The notes under the pieces are model-generated. The model was not told the origin of the DNA. It saw only the letters and a program-made list of their open reading frames with translations, and did not search any database. A stretch of 64,000 bases of DNA, taken from positions 96,001 through 160,000 of the forward strand of contig CAVZMH010000013.1 of assembly GCA_963776345.1 (NCBI GenBank). The letters run 5' to 3'. Position numbers and translations under genes: made by a program. The DNA comes from an uncultured delta proteobacterium (GTDB taxonomy: Bacteria > Myxococcota > Myxococcia > Myxococcales > Myxococcaceae). This document shows, one piece after another, positions 39,195 to 50,544 of this stretch (within the stretch, counting starts at the first letter, position 1; each line of letters starts with the position of its first letter).

Positions 39195-39962
39195 CTACTC
39201 CACGTTCAGCGGCGCCTCGGCGTCGGTGGGCACGCGCCTGGGGAGCGGGACGAGTCCCCGCACCTGCTCGCGATAGGCGAGGTACCGGTTGCCGTACTCG
39301 CGCACCAGGTCCCGCTCCTCGAGCTGGATGGCCACGACGATGTACCCCAGCGTGGCGAGCGCGAAGACCAGGTGTCCGCCGGTCATCCTCGGCGCGGCCC
39401 AGAACGCGAGCACGAAGCCCAGGTAGATGGGGTGACGCACCACCTTGTAGAGCACAGGCGTGCGGAACTGCGGGTGCGGCAGTTCCTTGCGCTTCGCCGC
39501 GAGGTAGACCTGCCGGAGCCCGAAGAGCTCGAAGTGGTTGATGAGGAAGGTACCGAACAGCACGATTCCCCACCCGAGCATCGAGAGGGCGAGGAGTGCC
39601 ATGCGTGGCCCGGGCGTCTCGACGCTCCAGAGGACGCCGGGGATCGGTCTCCAGAAGTAGAAGAGCGCGAGCAGGCACGCGCTCGCGCAGAGCACGTAGG
39701 TGCTGCGCTCGATCGGCGCGGGCACGAGCCGGGTCCAGACGGCCTTGAACCCTCGGCGCGCCATCCCGCTGTGCTGTACCGCGAAGAGGGTCAGCAGGAG
39801 CGCATCGACCAGCAGGGCCGTGCCCACCGGCGCGCCCGGGCCTCCAGCGTCGACGCTGCGGGGAACCAGTCGGGCCTCGACGAACCCGATCGCGTAGAGG
39901 AACGTCGCCAGGAACACCAGGTAACAGACACCTCCGTACAGCACGTAGACCAGACGCCTCAT
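39195..39962 (-). CDS. mddA: Methanethiol S-methyltransferase MddA-like (ICMT/nurim family membrane methyltransferase)
   Basis: YAIGFV...LFAVQHSGMAR..FK..WTR.VP.PIERSTYV...TFLINHFELFGLRQV...VRHPIYLGF..AFWA.P.MT.GHL...EERDL closely follows the MddA pattern. Confidence 0.75.
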   Translation of the reverse strand: MRRLVYVLYGGVCYLVFLATFLYAIGFVEARLVPRSVDAGGPGAPVGTALLVDALLLTLFAVQHSGMARRGFKAVWTRLVPAPIERSTYVLCASACLLALFYFWRPIPGVLWSVETPGPRMALLALSMLGWGIVLFGTFLINHFELFGLRQVYLAAKRKELPHPQFRTPVLYKVVRHPIYLGFVLAFWAAPRMTGGHLVFALATLGYIVVAIQLEERDLVREYGNRYLAYREQVRGLVPLPRRVPTDAEAPLNVE

Positions 39963-40903
39963 GACACGCCTCCTTCGAGCGTCCGCGCGGGCGCCCGTTC
40001 CTCGATGAAGGTCGCGATCGCCGCCCAGGCCCGGCGGCTCTCCTCGAGCCAGGGCAGCGTGAGCGGCCAGTCGTGCTGCATGCCCCGGCCGACCAGGAGG
40101 CGGGCGTCGGTGCCGGCCGCCTGCGCGCGGGCGACGACACGCCGTGCGTCCTGGAGGAGCAGCTCGTCCTCGCCGACCAGGACCAGAAAGGGAGGCAGGC
40201 TCGACAGGTCCGCGTACGCCGGCGAGATCAGCGGATCGCGCGGATCCGTCGCTCCAACGTAGTGCCGGGCCCACCGGCGCAGATGGTCGGCGCTGAACCA
40301 CAGATCCCGCGCCATGCCGCTTCCGCCCGTCTCGCTGAGGTCGACCCAGGGCGAGAGCAGGACGGCCCCCTCCGGCAATCTCTCGCCAAGCTCCCGGAGC
40401 CGGACCATGAGGGCCAGCGCCAGGCCCCCTCCGGCCGAGTCGCCGGCGACGAACACCGGCCCGGAGCCCCGCAGGGACGCGATGTGGCGCCAGGCGGCGA
40501 GCGCATCCTCGAGCGCGGCGGGGAACGGGTGCTCGGGGGCGAGCCGGTAGTCGGGGACGAAGACCTGGGCGCCACACCGGTAGCTCACCCGCATCGCACG
40601 GCTCCGGTACGACGCCGGCGAGCCCATCACGTAGGCCCCGCCGTGCAGGTAGAGCACGGTGCGCGCCGGGGCCGGGGTCGCGCGCACGCTCTCCATCCTC
40701 AGCGGTCCGACCGAATGGTCCGCGAAACCCAGCGCCGGATGCCGCCGGAGCATCCGTGCGCGGGGCGTGGCCCCGAAGCGCTCGAACCGCCGGCGCATGG
40801 TGAGCGGCGGGGTGCGAGCCCGGAACAGGGTGCTGGTGACCGCCCCGTAGGCCCGGAGCGACAGCCAGCGGGTGAACGCCTCGGTGCTCATCGATCCTTC
40901 CAT
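39959..40903 (-). CDS. Alpha/beta hydrolase (HSL family esterase)
   Basis: LHGGAY, DYRLAPEHPFPAA, GDSAGG and GMQHDW motifs; ATGA overlap with mddA. Confidence 0.92.
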   Translation of the reverse strand: MEGSMSTEAFTRWLSLRAYGAVTSTLFRARTPPLTMRRRFERFGATPRARMLRRHPALGFADHSVGPLRMESVRATPAPARTVLYLHGGAYVMGSPASYRSRAMRVSYRCGAQVFVPDYRLAPEHPFPAALEDALAAWRHIASLRGSGPVFVAGDSAGGGLALALMVRLRELGERLPEGAVLLSPWVDLSETGGSGMARDLWFSADHLRRWARHYVGATDPRDPLISPAYADLSSLPPFLVLVGEDELLLQDARRVVARAQAAGTDARLLVGRGMQHDWPLTLPWLEESRRAWAAIATFIEERAPARTLEGGVS

Positions 40904-40984
40904 CGCCCCGCGCAGGTCCGGGTGCGGTGCAGATCGACAACCTACGGGCGTCGGGAACGGGGAAGCTTTGGGGGAGCCTGAAGC

Positions 40985-42202
40985 CTAGCTGAGACTTTCC
41001 TGAGCCAGGAACCCCTCGACCTCGGAGACGAAGCGCTGCCACGCGGGCTCACCGGGCACGAACACGTGGTTCCCGCTCTCCAGGGGGACGAACCTCGCCC
41101 CCGGGATGCCGCTGGCGAGCTCGATGCCGTCCTTCATCGGCACCACGGCATCCTCCCGGCTGTGCAGCACCAGGGTCGGCGCCTTCACCCGGGGCAGCTC
41201 GTCGCGGACGTCCACGTCACCGAGCGCGGAGAGGAGGTTCGCCGCGTTCTCCGGGGTGGTCGTCTGCCGCTGCAGCTCGTTCCACCACTCGGCGAGCTCG
41301 GGGCTCGCCTCGGGGAAGAAGCGCGAGGTGAACATCTGGCGGAAGGAGGCGTTCCGGCCTCCCCAGCCCGTGCGCATGAGCACCATCATCGCCTCGACCT
41401 GCTCGGTGAGGCGGGCGTGCTGCTTGACCCGCCAGCCGCGCGCGCAGCCGCCGATGAGGAGCAGCCCCGAGACCCGCTCCGGGTGGCGGGCGGCGTACGC
41501 CGCGGCCACCGCGGCGCCCTGCGACAGGCCGACCACCGGCGCCCGTTCGACTCCTGCGGCGTCGAAGACCGTGGCCAGGTCGGAGACGAAGCTCTCGAAC
41601 GTCAGGCTCGGCGGGCTCCAGTCGGACAGCCCGTTCCCTCGCGCGTCGTAGCGCACCAGGCACCGCCCCCGGCCGAGGAGCTCGAGCCACCGCCGGTTGA
41701 GCTCGCCCTTCCAGTCGAGCTCGAGGTGGCTGAGCCAGTTCGCCGCCTTGACGATGGGAGGTCCTTCCCCGAGCCGAGCGTAGGCGAGCCGCGTCCCGTC
41801 GGCCGCCTTGCAGAAGTAGGTCCGCTGCGCCGCGCTCGCCGGCGGGGCGACCGCGCCGGCCACCTCCGAGCGGGCCACCTCCGCGACCAGCCGGTACCCC
41901 TGCCCCCGGACGGTCTGGAGCTCGACCCCGGCCGCGCCGTCCAGCACGCGCCGGACGAGCGAGACGTTGACCTGGAGGTTGTTCGGCTCGACGAAGGTGT
42001 CCGGCCAGAGCCGGTCGATCAGCGCCTGCTGGCGCTGCAACGTCCCCGCGCCCTCCACGAGGAGGAGGAGCGTGTCGAAGGCCTTGCCGGTGAGAGGCAC
42101 GACGGCGCCGTCGCGCAGCAGTCTGCGTTCCTGCGCCTCGAGATGGAACGGACCGAAGCTGTAGACGGTTCCTGCCACGCTCGACCGACGAGCGTACCCC
42201 AC
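40985..42202 (-). CDS. OmpR/CadC-type winged-helix DNA-binding domain fused to an alpha/beta hydrolase-fold domain
   Basis: YSFGPF.L...LTGKAFDTL...LWPDTFVE.NNL...TVRGQGYR, then NWLSHLE, RYDARGNGLSD, GLSQG and ESGNH. Confidence 0.88.
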   Translation of the reverse strand: MGYARRSSVAGTVYSFGPFHLEAQERRLLRDGAVVPLTGKAFDTLLLLVEGAGTLQRQQALIDRLWPDTFVEPNNLQVNVSLVRRVLDGAAGVELQTVRGQGYRLVAEVARSEVAGAVAPPASAAQRTYFCKAADGTRLAYARLGEGPPIVKAANWLSHLELDWKGELNRRWLELLGRGRCLVRYDARGNGLSDWSPPSLTFESFVSDLATVFDAAGVERAPVVGLSQGAAVAAAYAARHPERVSGLLLIGGCARGWRVKQHARLTEQVEAMMVLMRTGWGGRNASFRQMFTSRFFPEASPELAEWWNELQRQTTTPENAANLLSALGDVDVRDELPRVKAPTLVLHSREDAVVPMKDGIELASGIPGARFVPLESGNHVFVPGEPAWQRFVSEVEGFLAQESLS

Positions 42203-42241
42203 GGCTCACGACGCAGGTGAGCCCGGTGGTCGAGCGCTTCC

Positions 42242-43000
42242 TCAGCGGCCACCGAGAGAGCGCCGGACGAGCGCCCGCGCCCGCGAGACGGCCCGTTCTG
42301 CGGCCGTGCCTCGCCCGAGCTCCGTGGCCAGCGCCGAGGCGAACCGGCACCCCGTGCCCCGATGCTCGGGGCCTCGCTGGAGCCGCGTCGACCGGAACGG
42401 GCGCGCCCTCCCCTTCCACGCGAGGACGTCCGTCACCGCTGCCCCAGCGAAGTGCCCGCCCTTCACCACCACGCCCTCGAACCCGAGCGCCTCGAGCAGC
42501 TCGGCGGCGCGCCGCGCCTCCTCCGGCGCTTCCAGCCGCTCCACCCCGAGGAGCCACGCCGCCTCGAGCGCGTTGGGGGTGAGCCACACGCCCCGGGACG
42601 CGAGCGCCAGGTAGTCGCGCCGACCGAGCCCCGACAGCCGCCCACCCGACGAGGCGCGCACGACCGGATCCACCACCCACGGCACCCGCACGCCGCGCAA
42701 CGCCTGCCGGACCGCCCGGAGCTGACCCGGGCCGGGGAGCATGCCGAGCTTCACCGCGTCGATGGTCCCGAGCTCCCTGAGCGCCCGGATCTGCGCCGCG
42801 ACCAGCTCCGGAGTCACCGGCTTCCAGGCGAAGGTCGTGCACCCCTGCGCCGTCACCGCCGCGGCCACCACCAGCGGCACCCCGCCCCGCGCGCGAACCG
42901 CCTCGGCGTCGGCGAGAAGCCCGGCCCGGCCCGAGGGCTCGAGCCCGCCGACGAGCAGGACGCGGGGTCCGCCCCCGCGTGCGCCTCCCCGGCGCGGCAT
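42242..43000 (-). CDS. thiD: Hydroxymethylpyrimidine/phosphomethylpyrimidine kinase family
   Basis: GLEPSGRAGLLAD, VTAQ, AVKLGML, VVDPV, LTPN, KGGH and RGTGC motifs. Confidence 0.85.
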   Translation of the reverse strand: MPRRGGARGGGPRVLLVGGLEPSGRAGLLADAEAVRARGGVPLVVAAAVTAQGCTTFAWKPVTPELVAAQIRALRELGTIDAVKLGMLPGPGQLRAVRQALRGVRVPWVVDPVVRASSGGRLSGLGRRDYLALASRGVWLTPNALEAAWLLGVERLEAPEEARRAAELLEALGFEGVVVKGGHFAGAAVTDVLAWKGRARPFRSTRLQRGPEHRGTGCRFASALATELGRGTAAERAVSRARALVRRSLGGR

Positions 43001-43031
43001 CGGCCCAGGCCGAGCGCCCCGCACGCCTGCG

Positions 43032-43186
43032 GAGCGGCGCACCGGCGCCGCGCGATCGGGCTCAGCCCCCCGCACCAGGGGGACGCTCGATGAGCGGCGC
43101 ACCGGCGCCGCGCGATCGGGCTCAGCCCCCCGCACCAGGGGGACGCTCGATGAGCGGCGCAGCGGCGCCGCGCGATCGGGCTCAGC
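43032..43186. repeat. Tandem repeat of a 60-bp unit, about 2.6 copies, with an internal hairpin
   Basis: Unit GAGCGGCGCACCGGCGCCGCGCGATCGGGCTCAGCCCCCCGCACCAGGGGGACGCTCGAT at 43032 and 43092, partial at 43152 with one mismatch. Confidence 0.95.
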
Positions 43187-43937
43187 GCCGGGTGTCGCGC
43201 GCACGCGTCACCAGGCCGCGGTAGACGCCGAGCTGCAACGGCATCGACTGGAGCATGAGCTCCGGGTGCCACTGCACCCCCACCGAGAAGGCGCCGTTGC
43301 TCGACTCGATGGCCTCCACCACCCCGTCGGGCGCCACCGCGCTCGGCACCAGCCCCTCGCCGAGGCGCGACACCGCCTGGTGGTGCGTGGAGTTCACCAT
43401 CAGCTGGCCGCGGCCCACCAGCTCGGCCAGCACCGTGCCGTCCCGCACCTCCACCGGGTGCGACGGCTGCGCGCGGTCGTGCGCCTGCTCGTGGTTCCGC
43501 GCCTCGGGCAGGTCGCGCTGGATGTCCTGGAAGAGCGAGCCGCCGAGCACCACGTTCAACAGCTGCATCCCGCCGCAGACCCCGAGGACCGGGAGGCCCC
43601 GCCGGAGCGCGGCCTGGAGCAGGGCGGTCTCGAAGCGGGTGCGCGCCGGCTTGAGCGCGCCCAGCCCCTCCCGCGGCGACTCGCCGTAGGCCTCCGGCGG
43701 CACGTCGAACGCCCCTCCGGTCACCACCAGGCCCGAGATGCGATCGAGGAAGGCATCGATCATCCCCGGGTCCGTCGCCAGCGGGAGGACCATCGGGAGC
43801 CCCCCCGCGCGGAAGACTGCCTCGGCGTAGGGCGACTTCAGCACGTAGCGGGACGCGAGCTCGCCACCGGCGACGTCCTCGATGTCCGGGGTCAGGCCGA
43901 TGGTCGGCCGGCGCACGACATGTCCGTGGGGCTTCAC
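43182..43937 (-). CDS. Gamma-glutamyl-gamma-aminobutyrate hydrolase family (peptidase C26, class I glutamine amidotransferase-like)
   Basis: GLVVTGG, PVLGVCGGMQLLNV, VNSTHHQAV and GVQWHPE motifs. Confidence 0.9.
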   Translation of the reverse strand: MKPHGHVVRRPTIGLTPDIEDVAGGELASRYVLKSPYAEAVFRAGGLPMVLPLATDPGMIDAFLDRISGLVVTGGAFDVPPEAYGESPREGLGALKPARTRFETALLQAALRRGLPVLGVCGGMQLLNVVLGGSLFQDIQRDLPEARNHEQAHDRAQPSHPVEVRDGTVLAELVGRGQLMVNSTHHQAVSRLGEGLVPSAVAPDGVVEAIESSNGAFSVGVQWHPELMLQSMPLQLGVYRGLVTRARDTRR

Positions 43938-44584
43938 GCTCCCCCAGTCTCGCCCAGAAGGAACCCGCGTTGCAGGGCCTCGATGCGTGAGGCTGGGTCG
44001 CCACCGGCCCAGAGGTCGGAGAGCACCGCCACCCCGTGGACGCCGGTCCGGGCCACCTCGGTCACGCTGTCCAGGCCGATGCCACCGATGGCCACCACCG
44101 GGAGCGGGCTCTCCCGCACCTCCCGGCGGAGCCGCTCCAGCCCGAGCACCGGGGCGGGCACCTCCTTCGTCCGGGTGGCGAACACCGGGCCCAGCCCCAC
44201 GTAGCTCGCGCCCGCCTCCGCCGCCTGGCGCGCCCCCGCGGCGCTACGGACGGTCACCCCCACCAGCGGCCCCGCGCCGAGCAGATGGCGCGCGTCGGCC
44301 GGAGGGAGGTCCTCGTCGCCCAGGTGCACGCCGTCGGCGCCGGACAGGATCGCCCAGTCCACCCGGTCGTTCACCAGCGCCACCACCCCGGCATCCCGCA
44401 GCACCCGGACCGCCTCCCGCACCGCCTCCCAGCCAGCACGACCCTGCGCCCGCTTGCATCGCACCTGCGCCACCCGCACCCCGGCCCGGGCGAGCACCCG
44501 CGCCTGCTGGGCGAGCGACAGGTCCGGACGGACGCCATCGTCCACGACCGCGTACAGTCCTCTGGGCAGCGCGACGGGGCTCAA
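43934..44584 (-). CDS. thiE: Thiamine-phosphate synthase
   Basis: LYAVVD, QVRCK, LVNDRVD, DGVHLGDED, GPVFATRTK and VVAIGGI motifs. Start estimated (TTG 44584). Confidence 0.92.
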   Translation of the reverse strand: MSPVALPRGLYAVVDDGVRPDLSLAQQARVLARAGVRVAQVRCKRAQGRAGWEAVREAVRVLRDAGVVALVNDRVDWAILSGADGVHLGDEDLPPADARHLLGAGPLVGVTVRSAAGARQAAEAGASYVGLGPVFATRTKEVPAPVLGLERLRREVRESPLPVVAIGGIGLDSVTEVARTGVHGVAVLSDLWAGGDPASRIEALQRGFLLGETGGA

Positions 44585-44609
44585 GAGGTGCTCTCTCCGG
44601 AGACGGTTG

Positions 44610-44638
44610 TTGACGACCGGAGGGGGGCCCGTCAAATT
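44610..44638 (+). promoter_or_regulatory. Putative sigma70-type promoter with a TTGACG...CGTCAA palindrome
   Basis: TTGACG (44610-15), 17 bp, CAAATT (44633-38), 7 bp, ATG 44646. Confidence 0.5.
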
Positions 44639-44645
44639 CGCCGCC

Positions 44646-44837
44646 ATGGCTGAGCCGTTCGACCCGAAGAACATCGACAAGCGCACCGCTGCCCGGACCC
44701 TGGCCCAGGGAGAAGTCGACGAGAAGGCCTGGGACCGCTACCTCAAATCCCTTCCGGACGTCTCGGAGAAGGCCGCCCCGGTGGAGACGGTGATGGCCGA
44801 CGACGACTTCCTGGACGACGACACCGACGAGGACTGA
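44646..44837 (+). CDS. Small acidic hypothetical protein (63 aa)
   Basis: MAEPFDPKNIDKRT...YLKSLPDVSEK...DDDFLDDDTDED; strong coding codon bias. Confidence 0.75.
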   Translation: MAEPFDPKNIDKRTAARTLAQGEVDEKAWDRYLKSLPDVSEKAAPVETVMADDDFLDDDTDED

Positions 44838-44840
44838 CCG

Positions 44841-45143
44841 GTGGCCGCAGCCGACGAGCGCGCGCAGGGTGAGACGTTCGTCCTCGAGCGCGCGGGCAAG
44901 GCCATCGACTTCACCACGGTCCTGCTGGGGTTCGCCTCGTCGGCGCTGATCCACATGGGCGTTCAGCCCCACCCCGATTCGGGCTCGGTCACCCGGGACG
45001 CCGCCCTCGCCCGCGAGGTCCTGGATCTCCTGGCGCTGCTCCGGGAGAAGACGCGGGGGAACCTCACCGTGGAGGAGGAGCGGTTCTTCGACTCGCTCCT
45101 CACCGACCTCCGACTGAAGTTCGTCGAGGCGTTCCCCCGTTGA
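44841..45143 (+). CDS. DUF1844-like protein
   Basis: FTTVLLGFASSALIHMG..P...A...LDLL.LLREKTRGNLT.EE...L.DLRLKFV pattern. Confidence 0.8.
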   Translation: MAAADERAQGETFVLERAGKAIDFTTVLLGFASSALIHMGVQPHPDSGSVTRDAALAREVLDLLALLREKTRGNLTVEEERFFDSLLTDLRLKFVEAFPR

Positions 45144-45745
45144 CTGCACCGCGGTCCGCCGTCGGCTCGCAGGCGCGGGCCGTGGCCATCCTCTGCATGC
45201 TCGTCTCGGGCGCCTCGGGCTTCTCCTCGGTGAGCGAGGCGTTCACGCTCTCCGAGCGCTGGAGCCGGGCCACCGAGGCGCTCCCCCGCGGGACCCCCGC
45301 CGCCGACCTGGTGGCCCGGCTCACGGAGGCCACCGTCCGGGCGATGAAGCCCGACCGCCAGGCGCGGGCGGCGCTCCTCGTCGTGCTCGCCATCTCGCTC
45401 TGGTTCACCTTCGTGTGCGCGGGGCGGGTGCTCCGGCCGGCCGGGCTGCCTCGCGAGGGAATCCGGCGCATCCTGTGCTGGGCGGCGATCGTCTCCGCGG
45501 GCCTCCGCACGGTGGACGGCGCGGCCGACGCGGCGTTCTCGCTCCGCTTCGCCCGCATCGCGGGCCAGATGATGCCCGCCGGACAGCAGCTTCCCGCGGA
45601 GTGGCTGCTCCGGCCCCCGTTCACCGTCGGCACCTCGGTGCTCCGGACCCTGCTGGTGGCCGGAGCGCTGGCCATCATCGCCCAGTACTTTCGCTCGGCC
45701 CGGGTGAAGGCCTGGGCGGCGCTGCAGGACGAGGCTCCGCGCTAG
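45140..45745 (+). CDS. Hypothetical membrane protein
   Basis: About four hydrophobic segments; 4-nt overlap with the preceding gene. Confidence 0.6.
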   Translation: MTAPRSAVGSQARAVAILCMLVSGASGFSSVSEAFTLSERWSRATEALPRGTPAADLVARLTEATVRAMKPDRQARAALLVVLAISLWFTFVCAGRVLRPAGLPREGIRRILCWAAIVSAGLRTVDGAADAAFSLRFARIAGQMMPAGQQLPAEWLLRPPFTVGTSVLRTLLVAGALAIIAQYFRSARVKAWAALQDEAPR

Positions 45746-45781
45746 CGGCGGCGCTCGCCCCCCCGAAAGGACGTCGGACCG

Positions 45782-46279
45782 ATGCGGGCCCGGGTGGACG
45801 AAGCGGCGCTGCGGGCGATCATCACCTACAAGTGGGTGAAGGGGGCGGTGCAGCTCGGGCTCGGGACCGCCCTCGCCCTCACCCTGGTCCTGGGCCTGAA
45901 CGACGCGCTCGCCGATTGGGCCCATCTGTTCCGGAACCACTCCACGCGGGCCTACGCCGTGCTGCTCGGGCGGGCGCTGGAGCGGGCCACCACGCCCCGG
46001 GGGTTGCACATCACCTTGCTTGCGCTCCTCGTCGACGGCTGCGTCACCTGCGTCGAGGGCTGGGCGCTGCACCGGCGACGGCCCTGGGGAGCGTGGCTGG
46101 TGGTCGGGGTCACCGGATCGCTCCTGCCGTTCGAGCTCTACGAGCTCATCCACCGTTTCCGCTGGGTCCGGGTGCTGGTGCTCCTGGTCAACGCCGCGGT
46201 GGTGGCGTTCCTGGTCGCGCACGCGCGGGCGCAGGTCCACGGCTTCGACGACGCCGAGGGGGACCAGCCTCCAGCCTGA
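45782..46279 (+). CDS. DUF2127-like membrane protein
   Basis: LRAII.YK.VKG, EGWALH...PWG.WL and LLPFELYEL motifs. Confidence 0.8.
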   Translation: MRARVDEAALRAIITYKWVKGAVQLGLGTALALTLVLGLNDALADWAHLFRNHSTRAYAVLLGRALERATTPRGLHITLLALLVDGCVTCVEGWALHRRRPWGAWLVVGVTGSLLPFELYELIHRFRWVRVLVLLVNAAVVAFLVAHARAQVHGFDDAEGDQPPA

Positions 46280-46292
46280 GCCCCGGGCTGGA

Positions 46293-46856
46293 TCAGCGCG
46301 GCGAGGCCGAGCGCTCGTGGAACAGCGGCTCGAGCGCCGGCGCCACATCGACGTCGAGCGGGATGAGCACGCTCCGGGCGTACGGCAGCCTCAGCAGCTC
46401 GGACCGCGCCAGCCCCAGGAGCCGGCCGAGGTGCCCCATCGGCCAGCGCTCGCGGAGCTTCTCGAACGCCTCGTCGGAGAGCGCGTCGTCCTCGACCTCC
46501 GCCTCGTCGTAGCGGAGCGTCTCGCCGCCCACCCGGTGACCGTCGCCGTAGGTCACCACCTGCTCCAGCTCGTCCGGATCGAAGACGTAGGCGTGCACCG
46601 TCACCCCGAACACCGTGGACAGCCGCTCCGCCAGGGCGTGGTGCTGGCCGTACCACTGCGCGCCGCGCCGGCCGTAGGTGTGGGGCGCGTCGTAGGCGAA
46701 GCGGACGACCTTCTTCACCACCGAGACCAGGAGCCCCGCTCCCTCGGACGGCTCCCCGTCGGCCTCGAGCGCATCGCGGGCCAGGCGGGGAAGCTCCCGG
46801 CCCTCCAGGCTCTCCAGGCGGCAAAGGTACCCGCCGTGCGCCTCGGATCGCGGCAT
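46293..46856 (-). CDS. Hypothetical protein
   Basis: Coding-like sequence ([18 protein letters not shown]...[13 protein letters not shown]); divergent from clpB. Confidence 0.7.
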   Translation of the reverse strand: MPRSEAHGGYLCRLESLEGRELPRLARDALEADGEPSEGAGLLVSVVKKVVRFAYDAPHTYGRRGAQWYGQHHALAERLSTVFGVTVHAYVFDPDELEQVVTYGDGHRVGGETLRYDEAEVEDDALSDEAFEKLRERWPMGHLGRLLGLARSELLRLPYARSVLIPLDVDVAPALEPLFHERSASPR

Positions 46857-46886
46857 TCCGGGCGCTTGTACATGCCCCGAGCCTGC

Positions 46887-46914
46887 TTGCCAACTTCGTG
46901 CCGGGACTTACCGT
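46887..46914 (+). promoter_or_regulatory. Putative promoter for a leaderless clpB transcript
   Basis: TTGCCA (46887-92), 16 bp, TACCGT (46909-14), 6 bp, ATG 46921; no SD sequence. Confidence 0.45.
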
Positions 46915-46920
46915 ACCGAC

Positions 46921-49527
<2,607 letters not shown>

Positions 49528-49590
49528 GCCCGGACGGGCCGCCCGCCCGCGCGTCCCGGTGCGGGCGCCGCCCTCCCTCGCGAGCGGCGG

Positions 49591-50544
49591 TCAGAAGCCC
49601 AGGCACTGCTCGAGCGGCGGGACCCGCCGGCCGGTGGGGACGCGCACCAGGGTTCCCCCGTCCAGCGTGACCCGGTAGTTCCCGGACTCGTTGCCGCCGG
49701 TCAGGATGACCTCTCCGTAGTCCGCCGTCCCCTCGATCGGCGGCAGGCCCTCCCGGTCGATGCGGAAGGCGACCACGCCGGACATCGCGCCGTCGCCGCT
49801 GGCGTTGGTGCTCGAGACCTGCACGCCGTCGAGGACCACGCCATCGAAGTCCGCGTAGTTCGTGTACCGGATGGTGGTGACCGGGCTGAACAGGCCCACC
49901 AGCTGCACGGTCAGCATCCCGGAGAGGATGCCCGCGAACGGCTCCTCCCGGTTGAGGTACTGCGTCATCCCGGCGCTGTTGAAGCCCGGCACGCGCGCCT
50001 CGGAGGACTCGACGGCCAGGTTGGCCACGTGGAAGGCGCAGGCCGTGGCGGTGGCGTCGGTGCCGGTGATCCCGGTCGTCCGGCTGAGCAAGGTGCGGTA
50101 GCTCCCGGCCACCTCCGCCGGGCCGACGAGCTCGAGCGCATCGCCCGCGGCCAGGGCCACCGTCGCGGCGGTCACCACCGGCGGCGACAGCGTCTGGCGT
50201 GTGGCCCCGGTGCGTGAGCTCACCGGCTCGGTGTGCTCGTCGGGCAGGTGGAAGACCGTGTTCGCCGTCAAGTCGATCTCGTCGTTGCGGCCGGACCACG
50301 TACCCTGGAACGTCTCGACCGCTCGCGGCTGGCGCTCGTCGATCCGGGTGAAGGGCGCGCTGGTTCCCGCGTCGATCGGCGCGAGGATGAGGATCCGCGC
50401 CGCGCCCGCGTCGACGGCGATGAACGAGGTCCCGCTCACTGGGACGGTGCCGTCGAGCTTGTCGCCGATTCCCGGGTACGGACCGAGACAGGCCAGCAGG
50501 CCGGCTCCGAGGAGCGCCGCGGCCGCGAGGAGCACGGGCCTCAT
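49591..50544 (-). CDS. Putative lipoprotein, beta-rich, function unknown
   Basis: Signal peptide with lipobox GLLAC; ATGA overlap with the upstream gene. Confidence 0.7.
   Translation of the reverse strand: MRPVLLAAAALLGAGLLACLGPYPGIGDKLDGTVPVSGTSFIAVDAGAARILILAPIDAGTSAPFTRIDERQPRAVETFQGTWSGRNDEIDLTANTVFHLPDEHTEPVSSRTGATRQTLSPPVVTAATVALAAGDALELVGPAEVAGSYRTLLSRTTGITGTDATATACAFHVANLAVESSEARVPGFNSAGMTQYLNREEPFAGILSGMLTVQLVGLFSPVTTIRYTNYADFDGVVLDGVQVSSTNASGDGAMSGVVAFRIDREGLPPIEGTADYGEVILTGGNESGNYRVTLDGGTLVRVPTGRRVPPLEQCLGF

Noticed and set aside
43032..43186. Possible mini-CRISPR array
   Set aside because: The segments between the hairpin repeats are identical rather than unique spacers, and no cas genes are present. 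It is a simple tandem repeat.
46889..46903. Sigma54-like CGGCACGAAGTTGGC on the minus strand upstream of the 46293-46856 gene
   Set aside because: Imperfect -12 element, and it overlaps the proposed clpB promoter. Plausible but too weak to list as a feature.
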